NCBI RefSeq assembly: GCF_021869535.1
Contig: NW_026262712.1
Location: forward strand, 64,356,001 to 64,420,000
Length of the DNA: 64,000 nucleotides
Source: Mytilus californianus
Taxonomy: Eukaryota
Direction of reading: 5' to 3'
Shown: piece after piece, positions 48,101 to 64,000 of the stretch
How the letters are laid out: the number at the start of each line of letters is the position of its first letter
How positions within the stretch are numbered: the first letter of the stretch is position 1
Notes under the pieces: model-generated
The model's input: only the letters and a program-made list of their open reading frames with translations
Database searches by the model: none
What the model was told of the DNA's origin: nothing
Translations under genes and position numbers: made by a program

Positions 48101-50750
48101 TTTTTTTTGCTGTAATAAAACACTCACATTTCTAGTTACAGTTATATTACTGCTACCCATTTTTTGTTAGTTTATTTTCAAGAAATTAAAATTTGAACAC
48201 CCGATGGAAAATGCATTGAAAATAATTGCTTTCTAAGTCTCTTGTAACCACTTGTATCAGCCCATAAACTTTTGAATCTACAGGTCCGAAGCTGAATTTT
48301 ACAAACATTTTAGTTACATGTACATGTAGATTCTATTGACCTGTAGAGAATGATTTTTACAGGCCCTACAGCATTTTACAAGCTTGGGCTGGAGGGCCTG
48401 TGGTTGAGCATGAAGACTGCCATGTACATTTGTAGTAGACAATACAGATGTTTAACACTCATACGGTGAGCAAAACAGGTGCAGATGACCTACTACAGAC
48501 AGAACAATAGTGAAACTGAAAATACTCCTACAAATCAATGTGACATAATTGTGAAGGATTTGTAGTTTCCATTGTACATTGTAAATGTATTAACATCTGT
48601 ACATCATAAACAGTGTATTCATGGTAGATTGTATAAGTGCATATTTTGTAAATTGTGTTGTTTCATTGCTTGAAATGATTATTTTTTGTTGCAGCAGGTG
48701 TTTTAAAAAGTACATTTGTAGTTCATATTTTGAGCTGTAGTCATGGTCGTTCAGTTGTTTCAACTAACGGTAGTTAAATTGTAGGCATTACAAAATGTAT
48801 GTTAAAACAAGACTAGTGTGAAGGGTTACTGCATTTAGGTAAAAAACACTTCTCTCTTGAGTCAATAAAAATTTCACAATTTTTTCGCTGAGATTCAGAT
48901 TTGTTCTGAGTATCTTTCAGCAAAACCTAGATCACTATGATTCGAGCCTACAGTTTTTGTTCCCACAATTGCTGAAAGCTAATTATTCTTTTTGGTAAAC
49001 CCTGTAGTGTTTCCTATAGGAGGTTTTTGGTGTGGTATGACGCCCTGTCGTGTTTTCTTGATGTCTCTGCCCTTTTTAGGAAAATAATTTGGCGCCATGC
49101 CCCTTTTCTGTCGTAATTTAGAACGCCTCACCTTAATTTAATATCGGTTCTTTAATTCATCTTTTAACAAGACCATTTCAAGTTATTTACCTTGGGACGA
49201 AATCAAAATTTAAATGGCCGACATTTTATTGAATTTCGTAATTATGTTTGAACTGTTTTGAAGCAAAAGAGTACAAATATGGTTCATGATTGAATCTTAT
49301 AGGCACAACATCGATTTGTACCTCTACGAATTTAAAATGTAGACAATTTTAAAGGGAACCAGGAGATCGTTTGAGTTATAATTTAACGATGCATTGGATG
49401 AACATTACCTATTACATAAACAATCCGATGTTTGTTTATTGTTTCTATTTATATTATTCGGTCGATCTAGACGTCGGATTGGGTGTGAATTTACGACGGC
49501 TTTTATACTAAATGAAATTATATTTAAGAATATATCTGATATAGTTTTGAATTGTAAGAAAAATCAACAACATTTCATTAAAAAAAAACTTAAAAAAACA
49601 GTGTTAGACTGAAAAAAAGATAAATAGCACAAGAATATGTATAGTACATGTAAGTCTTGCTATACAAATCCTTAAATAGCCTAAAACTATTTGTACAGTT
49701 ATGAGCCAAATGCAAGGTAGCTTTTAATTGGTATAAACATGTGAGACCCAAAAGTATTTGGCACCTCTTTTGTGCATCTAAAAAGCAATGCAATGCATAT
49801 GATCTTGGTCATGCAAAGTCCACTTTCACAATACATCCTTAGACAATCAGTCTTAGTGATCCAGTATTAATCAGGGTTCTCGTTAAGACGTGTATACGTG
49901 CTAAGAGTGCCCTCTGAGAAAAAACTTACCCTGCCGTTTTCAAAAGCTGCAGGAAACACTACCCAGATTTTAGATCTCAACCAATTTTATACTCGAGGCC
50001 AGTCAAGAGCTTTAAAAAAAATTCCACCAACAAGTTATCACTGAATATTGCCCCTATTCCCAAAGCAAAAAAGGCTGTTTTTATCCCCTTTTCTTTTTAT
50101 AAGCAAATTATGTTTTAGAATGGTAATCTACTTAAGCTACATGTAAAAATAATGTTTTGGTATATGCTTCGATAAATTTAGTAACTTTAGTAACTGACCA
50201 TGTATAATACAATGTAACTGTTCCTTGAATGGCTTCTGGTTCATTGTGAGCAAAAGAAAGAAGGGCACCATTACACATGTAAATGTGTCAACATGATAAT
50301 AAATGCTGATCATTTTACAACATCATGACGCTTATTGGCATTTCACTGTTTTGACTATTTTTAAATAAAACAGGTTGCAGCAAATATTACATCAACACGA
50401 GATGTACATGTTAGTAAGAAAAAGGAAGTTTTTTCATATCTGAAAAAAATTTTGATTCCTCATTTCTAACCTTTATAGTGAAAAACATACGCAACTGCCA
50501 TTAGGTAGGTCTTACTTATATAGAGGTAAGAGAGATTCTCACTGAATCATGATTAGAAACTCAATGACACTATACATGTACTTCAGCGATAACTAAATGT
50601 TGTCTTTCAGAACCTCCGTGTTTTGCTAATTACTTTCCCAGAGTTGTGTACAAGTTTACTAACAATATTCATCTTTGTTAGAGGGGAGGCAATTTTTGTA
50701 AATAAATTGATTCTCAATTTCTGTCAAATAAGATATACAAAATGCACATT

Positions 50751-50875
50751 CAGTCTTCACGATATAATTTGAAAATTTTGATAAGATTCAGTTTGCCGGT
50801 AGAGACGATTTTTACAGGCCCGAAAGCAAATTTACAAGCCTGGGCTGGTGGGCCTGTGGTTGAGTGTGAAGACTG
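50751..50875. mobile_element. 125-bp MITE with 10-bp TIR
   Basis: CAGTCTTCAC...GTGAAGACTG with cacatt on both flanks; the right half is repeated at about 48350-48419. Confidence 0.65.
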
Positions 50876-51216
50876 CACATTATAATCCCTTGATTTTCAT
50901 TTAAACCTTAATGAATCCAGAAAATCTGGTTAAAGACAAGCTGTAATCATGATTCATGGTAATGCTTCCGTAATATTTAAGTCTGGAATAATAAATCTCC
51001 TTATATAATATGTTGGATGTTTGTACATTTTGTATTATATACATGAGTGTAGGTTAAACATAAGACATGAAAGACAAGGAGGAAACCAAAAAAATTTTAA
51101 TACATGGCTGTTAATTATATATATAAATGCAGGCATTCATTATTAATTATTTCTGTCAAACTTCAAAGTTTATGTTTTATTTGTTTTATCTTTATTGTGT
51201 TTTTTTTGCAGACTAA

Positions 51217-52191
<975 letters not shown>

Positions 52192-52457
52192 TAAGGTCCT
52201 AATTGGCAACTATTATGACTGTTAGTTACATGTAGGATGCTTCAGTATAATGGGTAAGCATACATGACTGAAGTATGCTTATATCATTCACAAAATGGAA
52301 ATTACTTTAGGTTACATAGTACATGTACATGTATGCTTATATGTATCATTCACAAAATGGAAATTACTTTATGTAATACACAGAAGACTTGGTACTTGAG
52401 AAAAAATGCTTCAAGGGAAATGTAAATGATCCTGAATTCCAAAAATAACAATATAAT

Positions 52458-52677
52458 CAGGGGTCGACTTTAGCACTGGCCCGTTGGCCCAAGGCCAGAA
52501 GAATTTCGATAGGGCCAGTTGAACATAAAGACTTCTGGTCCCATTGGCCATTACATTTGACTATATTTTCACTTAGATAGTATTATTAGGGCAAATTTTA
52601 ATTGAGTTGGGCCAGTAAATTTACGCTCTAACTGGCCCTATTGGCCATACATTTAAATTTTATCAAGTCGACCTCTG
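52458..52677. mobile_element. 220-bp hAT-like MITE
   Basis: TIR CAGGGGTCGACTT / AAGTCGACCTCTG; flanks atataa on both sides (imperfect TSD); internal tggccc repeats. Confidence 0.65.
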
Positions 52678-55140
52678 ATATAAACTTGACTAAGTAGTCA
52701 ACAAATACATGTACTAGTACAATGTAAAAAATGTTTATGCAAGAAGTAAAAACATGTATGTACTCATAGGTCAAGGACTAGCCAATTTCAGTAAAAACAT
52801 ATCTTAATGAGGTTGAAGCTAATACAGTGCGCTTCAATTTTGTAGAAATAGGCTAACCATTGACTCAATAAAGCTAAAGTTTTCTGGCAAGCAAAAAGTT
52901 GTCACTGGTCCAGGATACAGAAATTGTGATTTCATTTCACCAAAGACCATACGAGCAGTTTATCTGATTGTTTTTCGCTAACTTAATTCACACATGTACA
53001 TAAGATTGAGAATGGAAATGGGGAACATGTCAAAAACATGTACACTGAGCAAATGACCAGACTATTCTGACTGATAACAGAATTTTGGTATATTTGTACA
53101 TATGGCATCCAAGCTTCATCTTATGAAAAATTTAATCTATCCTGAGAAATAAATTTTCCTATAGCCTTAATGTTATCATGCTGACTGCTAATTTTGTTGC
53201 ACATGTGTATTACTCTACACCATGGCATGTGGTAAAGAAAATAAATTAGAAAAAAATGAAACCACTTTGTTTGATTAAACTTGTCTTTAACGTTTAAAGA
53301 ATTTCTTTATCCAGAATGGCAAGTTTACGTTTCAGAGCTGAGCATGTGATCATGTAATCACCAGAGGGAATATATGTTGTTTATTTTTTTTGTAATGCCA
53401 TTTCAACAGCATTTGGATTTTACTTTATTTAATAAGCCACACAGAAGAAACATAATTAAATGAGAAATTTAATTAAATTTGTATGATGACTTCAAGTCAC
53501 TTAATGACATGTTTACAAGACTCACACAGTCTGCATATATACATTGAAGGTGTATATCTGAAATGTAATTATATATTTAGTAATAAGGAATTCATCAGGA
53601 ATTGATTAAACAATCTACTTAGTATGCAAAATGACTGATTATTTCATTCAAATTTTATATCTGACTTTGTACATACATTGTGATGTGCTTGTGCAATAAA
53701 TGTAAAACCCCTAGGATTGTTTGGAAATAAAATCTGTTTTATTACAATATTGTCAGTAGTCTTGAACATTTATCAGTGATAATCAGTGACCGATAACCGG
53801 CTTTGCTGGCGACACACAGTGTGGATTAAAAGCCCAATTGACATTTATGAAAAAGGCTCAAGAAATTGGAAACCTTTATCGATTCAATCTAAAGGAGTGC
53901 AATTTACAGATATTTAAATCTTTCAATCTTCAGATTTTATTAGCAAGCTTGTCAATGGCCAAGTTAAGTATAAAGGGTTTCATCCTGTGGGGAATTTTTG
54001 TAAAAGTTTTGTTAAAGAATCCAACAGATCTGTATACCTGGATACTTTCTGTGCACAAGATGTTGGACACATCATCAATACGTGAAGTTAAAATTATGAA
54101 GTTAAAATTATGCCTTATCTTTATAAGCTTAAGGTCACTTTTATAACCATGGGGAAGGGACAATGTATTTCTATAACATGAAATTTTGAGTCGAAATTAA
54201 ATATCTTGCATGTATTATGTACAATGTATACAATACACTTTTAGTGTGAATAGAAGATGATGTTAGGTACATGTATGTATAAGCAATCAAAACAGCTATA
54301 TATTGTTACTGTCACACTGAGTATCCAACAACATAATCATACAAGAACACACACCAAGAGGTCAAGGTCTTTAATCATAAATAAGTGTCTATATCAGATA
54401 GAAGCTCTATAAAGCATTAGATCACAAAGATTCAGCTATACAAATCCTATTCTTTAAAGGACAAATATAAAACATAGATATATCAGAACATTGACTTCCA
54501 GTGATGTGTTTCCTGATTTTATACTGGTACACATGAATATTTATACATTTGTACATGTAGCAGGGTTTCACAAGTTTGGATTTCATATGCCCTACCTATA
54601 ACTGAGATAGTAGAAAGAAGAGGCAAAAGACACCATAGGGACAATAAAAAATTATAAGTTATATGTAAAAGGCAAACAAAAGTCATCAAAACACTACATA
54701 GAAAACAAAAGACTTGGCAACACGAACCCCACCTTAAACGGGCGCAAATTATTTTCCTGCCTGTGTCTTTTTGTCTGACTGTTTGTCCGTCCCTTTTCAG
54801 GTTAAAGTTATGATTTAATGTAGTTTACCATGAAGTTGCGGTCACATCAACTGGAAACTAAGTACCCGTAACACATGTTTGTGTTGAAATTTTTAAAAGA
54901 ATATGTTAAATAAGGGTATGATCCAGTTTTTTTGGTTCACTGAATATGGAAATGTGATAATATAAAATCAGTCCATTCTCAGTTTAAAGTTTTTTTCCAT
55001 AAAGTCATGGTCACATCAACTTGGAAACTTAGTACACATGCTCATTATGAAGTGAACTTTCTAAAATACATGTATATGCTTAATTTAAGTTTTGACCAAT
55101 AGTGGGTCATGGTGTCAAATGAGGGTGTACATGTGTGAAT

Positions 55141-55898
55141 TTATGCCCCCACTGTAGCGGAGGGGGCATTAAGTTTTACCCTTGTCCGTCTGTATGTCTG
55201 TATGTCTGTATGTCCGTCCGTACGCCCCAAAATTGGTTTCCGTTCTCTAACTTTAGTTTGCCCCAACCAAACTATGAAACTTATACACAATGCTGATTAC
55301 CACAAAACACAGATCAAGTTTGAATATTAGTGGCTTCACTTTTACCGTTCTAGAGTAATGCCCCTTTACAAATGAAAAAATTGCTGAATTTTTTGTTTCA
55401 GTTCTCTAACTTTAGTTTGCCTCAACCAAATGTTATGAATCTTATACACAATGCTAATTACCACAAAACACAGATCCAGTTTGAATTTTTACATTTTTAG
55501 AGTTATTCCCCTTTACAAATGAAAAAATTCAGCGTTTCCGTTCTCTAACTTTAGTTTGCCTCAACCAAACATTATGAAACTTATGCACAATGCTGATTAC
55601 CATAAAACACAGATAAAGTGTGAATTTTGGTGGTGTCACTTTTACCGTTCTAGAGCTGTGCCCCTTTACAAATGGAAAAATGCTGAATTTTTCGTTTCCG
55701 TTCTCTTAACTTAAGTTTGCCTCAACCAAATGTTATGAAACTTATATACACAATGCTTAAGCTTATTACCACAAAACTCAGATCAAGTACAAATTTGGGT
55801 AGCGTCACTTTTACTGTTCTTGAGTTATGTTTCTTTATAACGTTATACATGTATGCAAGCAGGGGCATCTGTGTCCCATGGAGACATTCCCCATTTAT
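55141..55898 (+). mobile_element. pearl/MgE/DINE-1-like element with about four tandem core repeats of 140-160 bp
   Basis: 5' ttatgccccc..gggggcat hairpin, (GTAT/GTCC) microsatellite, core gttctctaactttagtttgcc at about 55242, 55401, 55540 and 55700, 3' ggggcat..gtcccatgga.a.attcccc. Confidence 0.85.
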
Positions 55899-58325
55899 TT
55901 GGTTTTTGTCTTGTCAAGAAATTAATTAAACATTCTTGGAAGGAAAGCATATATATACATATATCTGTTTGAAGTTACAATGCTACATGTACAATGTATT
56001 CAAATGTAAATCTACAAAATATGCTAAATAACTGTGTGCATTATTTGACCTCTGCTGGCAGCTAGAGTTCCAGCTGGCAGTTTTGTTATATTAAAACTTG
56101 TATGCATCTGTGGTTTTCTAAAGTGCTTCACCAAAATTTTGCTTTTCAATACTACAATGTATAGACCCCAAAAAGAGGTACTTTGATTTTATAAGACTTC
56201 TGAAAATTTAAAGGAAATTTATAAGTGTAAAATGAAGAGATAAATACTAATATGGAAACAAAAAAAATCAAAAAAAGACATGCAGAATGAATGTACATAG
56301 TATACATTGGACATGTACATTTGGATTTATACAAGTTCAGTCATTTAAATTTTGTACATGTTCAAGTATACATCAGATATATTTGTAAATTTAAAAGTAG
56401 GTCCTTCTTTCATGGTAGAACATTATTTGCGGTGTTGTTTAATGTTAGGATTTATGTGATTATCCAAGGAAGAGGGAAATGTATTTAACATGTAACTATA
56501 CTTAAGTCAAAAAATACTTCAAAGCAAACTGAATTAAGATGTAAGATTTATGACAAGCTTAAAAATTATTTAATGAAGATGGATTGGTTTTTGGCATTGT
56601 AGTCCTAGCTTAATCATTGCAAAACTAACCAAGAACTTGACAACCACCACTTTTTAATTATGATTTTTTTATTACGCCATATGTGAATACATGTAGATAC
56701 ATGTACCTTGCAATTAATATATTACCATGCAATGCCTTTTCCTACAATGTAATGTACAGATCTGTATCTTAAGATTCAATGTCAGCTTTTCTTGATAGTG
56801 TACATGTTAACTTCTATGTCAGATCTCCAGTGGAGAGTTGTCTCATTACTATTTTAGGGAAAATGTGTTCAGCCTGCCCCCACCCCCTTCAAATAGAAAT
56901 CTTGATAAAAAATCTTAAAACTTGATCATCACTAAGAAATTTACTTGTAAACTATGTTTAAAACAGGTAAAAGTCACATATAGATACATTTGTTTACTTG
57001 TGAGGTTAATGAAGAGTACACAATGTAGTTAGTGGTATGTTTTCTGTTTACATTATGTATATTTAATCATATCTAGAGGTTATTAAAACCTTGACCTTAT
57101 AAACATTCTTATGTATAAGAAAGAATTGTATACTCCAACATAAACCTACAGTGAAATGGCTTTGTTAGGTTAGGCTCTGTATAATAAAATTTAAATGTTT
57201 GTCAAATGTAAACAATATGTATAAGATATTTTGTGGTTAGAGAGAATAAATTTTAATTGTTGTTGAGGTTTAAATGATACTTCAGTACATGTAGAAATGA
57301 TTTTAATGATGCTTTATTGAACAAAATGTAAATTAGATAGGCTTTTACTATATGAATGTGTTAAACATACAAGTTTGAGTTTACCTTGATTTTTTATGAA
57401 TTTTTATGCCCCTGCCGTAGCTGAGGGGACATTAAGTTTTACCCATGTCCATCTGTACGTCCGTACGTACGTCCCAAAATTGGTTTCCTTTCTTTTATAA
57501 TTGCAAATTTATACATGTATGCATGTTTCCTTTAAGTATTTTATAAATATGAATTGAGGAAGAAAAAAATAATATGAATTATGAAGAAAATAGTACAATC
57601 ATCCTATGTGAGCTTCGATTTTCAATGTAAAGAATTTACTGAATAATGACATTTCTACAGTGTGAATTCTTTGAACATCTAGAATGTTTCTACTGTATGT
57701 ATATCTTCCATGAAACACACATTTAAAACAATAACTGTGAATGTGATTTAGTCTTTACATCTTCATGGAATTGAATATGGCTATTAGTATTTGCCTAGCT
57801 CCTCCTATGTAACATGTAGGTACAAGTACACAGTGAAGTTTTACCCTGATTCTATCAGTTTTGAATTCCTCCAAGTATTTATTTAGCATCATTTGATATA
57901 CCCTGAAGCATTGAATGTTAGCTATTTATAGCAACAAGATGCTATTGAAAATTTTCTCCAGGCCAGGTTGTTATTTGAAATTTCATGGTAGATCACTGGC
58001 TGTATGCAGTTATTTTTCTGTCATTGGCATCACTAATAGAAGTAACTTACTGGAAACTTTCAATGCATCTATAGGTGATTGTTCTAATTTATTTTTCTCA
58101 AATTATCCATTGTTAATTATTTCATTCATGGTCATGATGTACAATGTATGGTTTGATGTACATGTATGTAAAACAAGAGGTTGTTTTTTTCATTGGCCAG
58201 CTGTATCTTACAAAACATAAGTGACAAAATGTGAATGCTAACAATACATAATTTATGTATAGATTATAAACTTGGTCTTAAAAATATGTAAATCTGTGAT
58301 TTTATTTATTGCATGTTACTCATAG

Positions 58326-58472
<147 letters not shown>

Positions 58473-59011
58473 TGATAATATATTCATCAAGAACAAATAA
58501 AGGAAAATATAGATCATGTTAAAATTTGTTTATAAGAATAAAATGCAGTTAATATGAAAATTTATGATTTTCAAAACTTCTCTTTCTTTTATAAAATTTA
58601 GTTACTGAGTTTGTCAAACCATTGTCAGATTTTAAAGAAAAAAATACTGAATTTTAAAATAAACACAGTGTTTCCAGGATGTAAGTTTTTTTTTTCAATT
58701 TAAAACGTGCAGAGAAATCCAATACTCTTGATTCATTATTATTCGTGGGATACCGTTTTTCGTTGCTTTCGTGGGTATATGTGAATTATGAATTTAAATT
58801 TTCATTGAAGTACCAAATTTCTATAGGCTTGTGTGCACACTTTTGTAAAACCAAGAAATCAAGTATCCACGAAAATACAATCATTCCTGAATCCACGAAA
58901 ATCTGTACCCACGAAAACAAATGAATCCACAGTCTGTGCATAGAATGTTTCATTATAAACATCCATGAATGAAACACTCCAAAAGCTATAGTAAGAGTAT
59001 TTTTGTCTTAA

Positions 59012-59296
<285 letters not shown>

Positions 59297-61933
59297 TAGG
59301 CCGTTAATTTTTATTCGATTTTTTTTACATTTATCATTTCAAAGTCTTTTAATTCTGGTGGATAATTGTCTTAATGGCTATTAATACCACATCCCAATTT
59401 TTATAATAATTCATGATGTGAATTTGGAGGTTAAAAATAAGGATAAGATATGAAACATTTGTAATGTAAGTGATATTTTACATATGCCTTATTTCATTGT
59501 AGTAACTCAAGTTCATGGTTAGTCAGTTGTGATAATCTTTGCTAAAATCATTGATAAAGAAAACAGGAACATGTTAATAAATGATTGATAAATTTATCTG
59601 ATCACATCCAGACATTTACATATAGTATTGTATAGATGAAAGAAAGACCTCCTTTCCCCCTCTACCACACAATGGCTTGCTCTAATGCGATTACATAAGA
59701 ACAGAACATGATGAATGTATTTAAGGAAGAATGAGAAAAACACATGTTTTAGCCCATTATTATATCACATGACTTTATATAGCTTCCTGATCACAATTAT
59801 TTTAACATTATTGGCTATATTTGAAAGATGAAATCTATATATATATACATGTATGTTCTAAAATTCATTCTTATGAACATAAAAGTGTATGTTGCATTGA
59901 TAAGAAATTTGAGAATGGTGTGTTTTAGAAATTTTCTGTAAAATTCCCTTGGTCTTCACAATATTATAAAAAAAAAGTCTATTATTTCTGTAGATCTCTA
60001 TAGCTAGCTGGCAATCATTTGAAAATTCCTGAAATAAATCTGAAAGCTTCTATCATGTATATAGAAATCTCCTCCCAGCAGTGTTATTATTGTTTTGTAA
60101 CTTGTTTACATTAATGGCATGACAGTTGTTTTGATGAAAGAACTTGCTGTTGCTATAACACAAATGTCAGTTTCATGTACATACTAAAATAGTTTTCCTT
60201 GAAGAGGTAGTGTTTATTTGACATTTGCTGTTAAACAGCAGGTGTATGCCATTCATGAAAATACATTACCATAAATGAAATGGTCTTGATGTTTCTGTGA
60301 CATTAATTCTGTACATTATTGTACAGTCATGAACTCATTAGGGCCAGGAATTCATTATTGATGAAATAGAAATCAATACAGATTACAGTATAATCATCTA
60401 CATATAAATGTACAGGAAAGGTGGAATCCAATCTAACTGACAAATGTTTTAGTTGCCCCAGGGCATTCTACGTTCTGTAGGCGTGTTGAAATTAAATGCT
60501 TGTCTAGGCACAAGATGTTATAGCCTGTAAAATCAATTTCCAATAAGGTCTTTCTTCTTGCTTCACTTTCTTGAAGCACTTCAAAACATCTTTCACATTA
60601 AAAGGGAAAAATTGATTTTCGTTTGGCAAGGTTTCTGTTTAGGAAATTGAGATTTGTTCTTTTTTGGTCGGTCTCAAGATATTTGCTAAATGTCAAACCA
60701 ATTTCCAATAAGATGAAATTAAACTCAGATTGTTGTTTGTTAGATTAGAAAAATCATACAATTTAAGTGAAAACACTATATGTTTATGTTCCTTGAAGGA
60801 TAAAGTTGCAACTACAGAAGACTTGAGATTTTAGCAAAATCCTAGCTTGATAAATTTTATGCCACCCTTTCACCTTTTGTATGTATTGTAATAGAAAGTT
60901 TGCTAAATGGGACTTGACTCGCACTCAACTTTCTGCACAGTCTGGTTTCCGCAACAAATTATAGGGGGATCACCACTGTAAGGGTAATTATAAGGAGTCC
61001 TCTGCCCTTGATTCTAAGCACCACCTGAACCTTCCAATAAACTTGATTTTCACAGCATAAATTTTGAAATTTTGAGATGATATAAGATAAGTTTGGAAAA
61101 TAATTCTTTATCAGTATAATTTTGAAGGACTAGATTAAAGTGTTTTAATCCCCCCCCCCCCTCCATTACAATATAGATGCATACATGTACACATACATAT
61201 TTTTACACTCATATATATATGTATGTATTGAGAGGATGGCAAAGGGTACAAAAATGTATAGAATATAAATATTTACCAACGGTGTAAATATTATTATTTT
61301 ATTAGCTTTGCCTATGAAAATTTTTCTATGTTGATTCCTGTTATATATTTACATTGTACATTTGTAAAGTTCTGTCAATGTTGTTCCTGTGTCAGCTGAA
61401 ATTTTGCCAAGTCCAAAAAAAAGATTGGTTCATATTTGTAAGGTTATCCTTTATATAATAAAACAAGCTGAAAGGTCTTCATTATTGAACAAATTAACAT
61501 TATTTGTATGATGCTTAAAGGATTGACAGAATATTGAAAGGAAAGGAAAATGAATGTTTCATCGATTCTATTCATTATGAGATGCATTCAAGCCTTAAAG
61601 ACAACAGAATCGTTTCTTTCATCAACTTCTGAAAATAATATCGTAAATGTTACAAGGATGAAGCATAAACATACAGTAGGAATACAAAGTTAGAATTACC
61701 AAACAAAAAGTCTCTGATTCCTGTAGTGTAGATGCTCAGTTGATCAATGATTATTAGCTCAATGTTTCATAATTTTAGTAACCAATATCTAATAATTAAT
61801 TGAATTTCTCCAAGGTTATGTTGACTTAGTTCTTCAGTCCAGATGTAATTTATAGAACTATATTGACTGCAGTGATCTTGTTTACTTTGGAATTGAAATT
61901 GACATATGTTAACACAGTCATTCTGCTCACATT

Positions 61934-62365
61934 TTTATGCCCCCGCCGTAGCGGAGGGGACATTAAGTTTTACCCTTGTCCGTCTGTACGCATGTACGTC
62001 ACAAAATTGGTTTCCGATCTCTAACTTTAGTTTACCTCAACCAAATGTTATGAAACTTATACACAATGCTTATTACCACAAAACACATATCAAGTTTGAA
62101 TTTTGGTGGCGTCACTTTTACCGTTCTAGAGTTATACCCCTTTACAAATGTAAAAATTGCTGAATTTTTCATTTCCATTCTCTAACTTAAATTTGCCTCA
62201 ACTAAATGTTATGAAACTTAAAAACAATGCTTATAACAACAAAACTCAGATCAAGTAAAAATTTGGGTAGCGTCACTTTTTTACAGTTCTTGAGTTGTGT
62301 CCCTTTAAAATGTTATATGCAAGCGGGGGCATCATCCGTGTCCCATGGACATATTCCCCATTTTC
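61934..62365 (+). mobile_element. pearl/MgE/DINE-1-like element with about two cores (same subfamily as 55141-55898)
   Basis: Same termini and core sequence; a 5'-only fragment also lies at 57405-57493. Confidence 0.85.
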
Positions 62366-63573
62366 TGTTTCAAAAAAATTTAAAACAAAAAAAAAGACAA
62401 TCCATTATTGGATTAAAATGTACAGGGTTTTTAACATTTCCTATTAATTATCTAGCTAGCCACATGAAATAAAATGTTATAAAGAAATGTCTTATTTGAC
62501 ATGAAAAACCTCCAACTTGATTCTATTTTAAGGGTCACCTAATACAGGTGTTTTAGGCTATATGGTATTATTTGTGAATGTACATGTTCAAACTAAAAAC
62601 AGCTGTAGGAAATAACATGCAAGGTACATGTATCTGATATAGCATACTGTTAACATGATATACATGCAAATAGAGGTTGTTAAATTTAGTCCCTATACAT
62701 ATGGCCTGAATATAATGTGACAGAACGGCTACCGAATCTGTCTTGTATTGATTTTTTATCAGCGTTGACAAGTAGATTATTGATGCTGTGAAATACGAAG
62801 TGGGTGTCTGGTATGGGCTTACACAACTCGTCAGGAAAATCCATATACAGACCGTTGAACTGCCCGTTATTGTTGAGTAAAACCATCCCTGACGTAATCC
62901 TTGTATTGTACAATGAAAACAATTCTGACATAATGTACAATGGTAGTGTAGATCTATGTTATGTAAAGGAAACTATATCTCTGCCAAAATGCTGACAGCT
63001 GATTAAAATGTAAAGAAATAAGTGGTCCACATTTATTGCTGACAACTGATTTAATATGTAAAATATGAAATACAGCAGGTTATATAACAATGTACTTGTA
63101 TGTAAAATTGATTCAATATTTCTGGCTTATTGAAATACTATATAGCAATATAAGTGATTCCTCATAATGAAAATCTAACATCTGCTTGGGGGTAAAAGTA
63201 ATGGGAAAGAAAGGTTGTGTTGATCTTGCATATAAATGTGTTCTGCAGGAAGAAAAATGCCAAATGCTTAATGAATTCATCATCCATTTCATACAGATTA
63301 TCAGGCTTGTAGCCAGGATGTCTCTGAGGGTTATTTGGGGTCAAGATGCTCTAGCTTTATTAGTCTAACTTCAGTATGATTGTTGACTTGATAATCTTTA
63401 AATAATATTTTAGTTTTTCTTATTTTTCTCAAGGGTGATTGATTATCCAAACCCCCTAGAAACAAGTATCATTATAAACTGAATTTTGTTTATAATGAAG
63501 ACAATTAAACTTATATTTTCTTTTGTATGTAATAACCTTAAAGATACTTCTATGAAAACCTGATCCAAAATGA

Positions 63574-63918
<345 letters not shown>

Positions 63919-64000
63919 TGAGTAGTTTCTTCTAACTGGTAGGAAAATACCATCGAATATCATTTAATTAAGTTTGAGTTGAAGTAAAAAATGCACTGTG

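Overview
AT-rich, repeat-laden eukaryotic genomic DNA with spliceosomal GT-AG introns. The repeat families and gene content suggest a bivalve mollusc, probably a Mytilus-like mussel; this is inference from pattern recognition, not a database search. Five protein-coding genes can be reconstructed. (1,2) Two tandem paralogues with intronless CDSs (3336-4760, 11038-12453, +) encode type II membrane receptors: cytoplasmic YxxL-x11/12-YxxI (ITAM-like) tail, TM, EGF repeats and a C-terminal C-type lectin domain. (3,4) A head-to-head paralogue pair: a + strand TRIM (26092-33842, 6 coding exons, about 764 aa) with the unusual architecture RING-Bbox1-Bbox2-coiled coil-Filamin-B30.2(PRY/SPRY), and a - strand gene (about 24911 to 15047, up to 7 coding exons, about 402 aa) with the same Filamin-linker-B30.2 exons but no RING/B-box/coiled-coil. 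(5) The first four coding exons of HIPK (from 51226, +), continuing past the window end. Between and within the genes are many non-autonomous elements: a 1.07-kb foldback with nested hairpins, a piggyBac-type MITE (TTAA), a hAT MITE with a perfect 8-bp TSD, pearl/DINE-like elements with internal tandem cores, Penelope-like RT remnants and a tRNA-SINE remnant. The best candidates for something new are the divergently paired full-length and RBCC-less Filamin-B30.2 genes, the ITAM-like EGF-lectin pair, and two tandem duplications that multiply splice sites (TRIM acceptor plus ATG; HIPK kinase-exon donor). No rRNA, tRNA gene or CRISPR array was seen. All exon models are read by eye from splice consensus and frame continuity, without transcript evidence.
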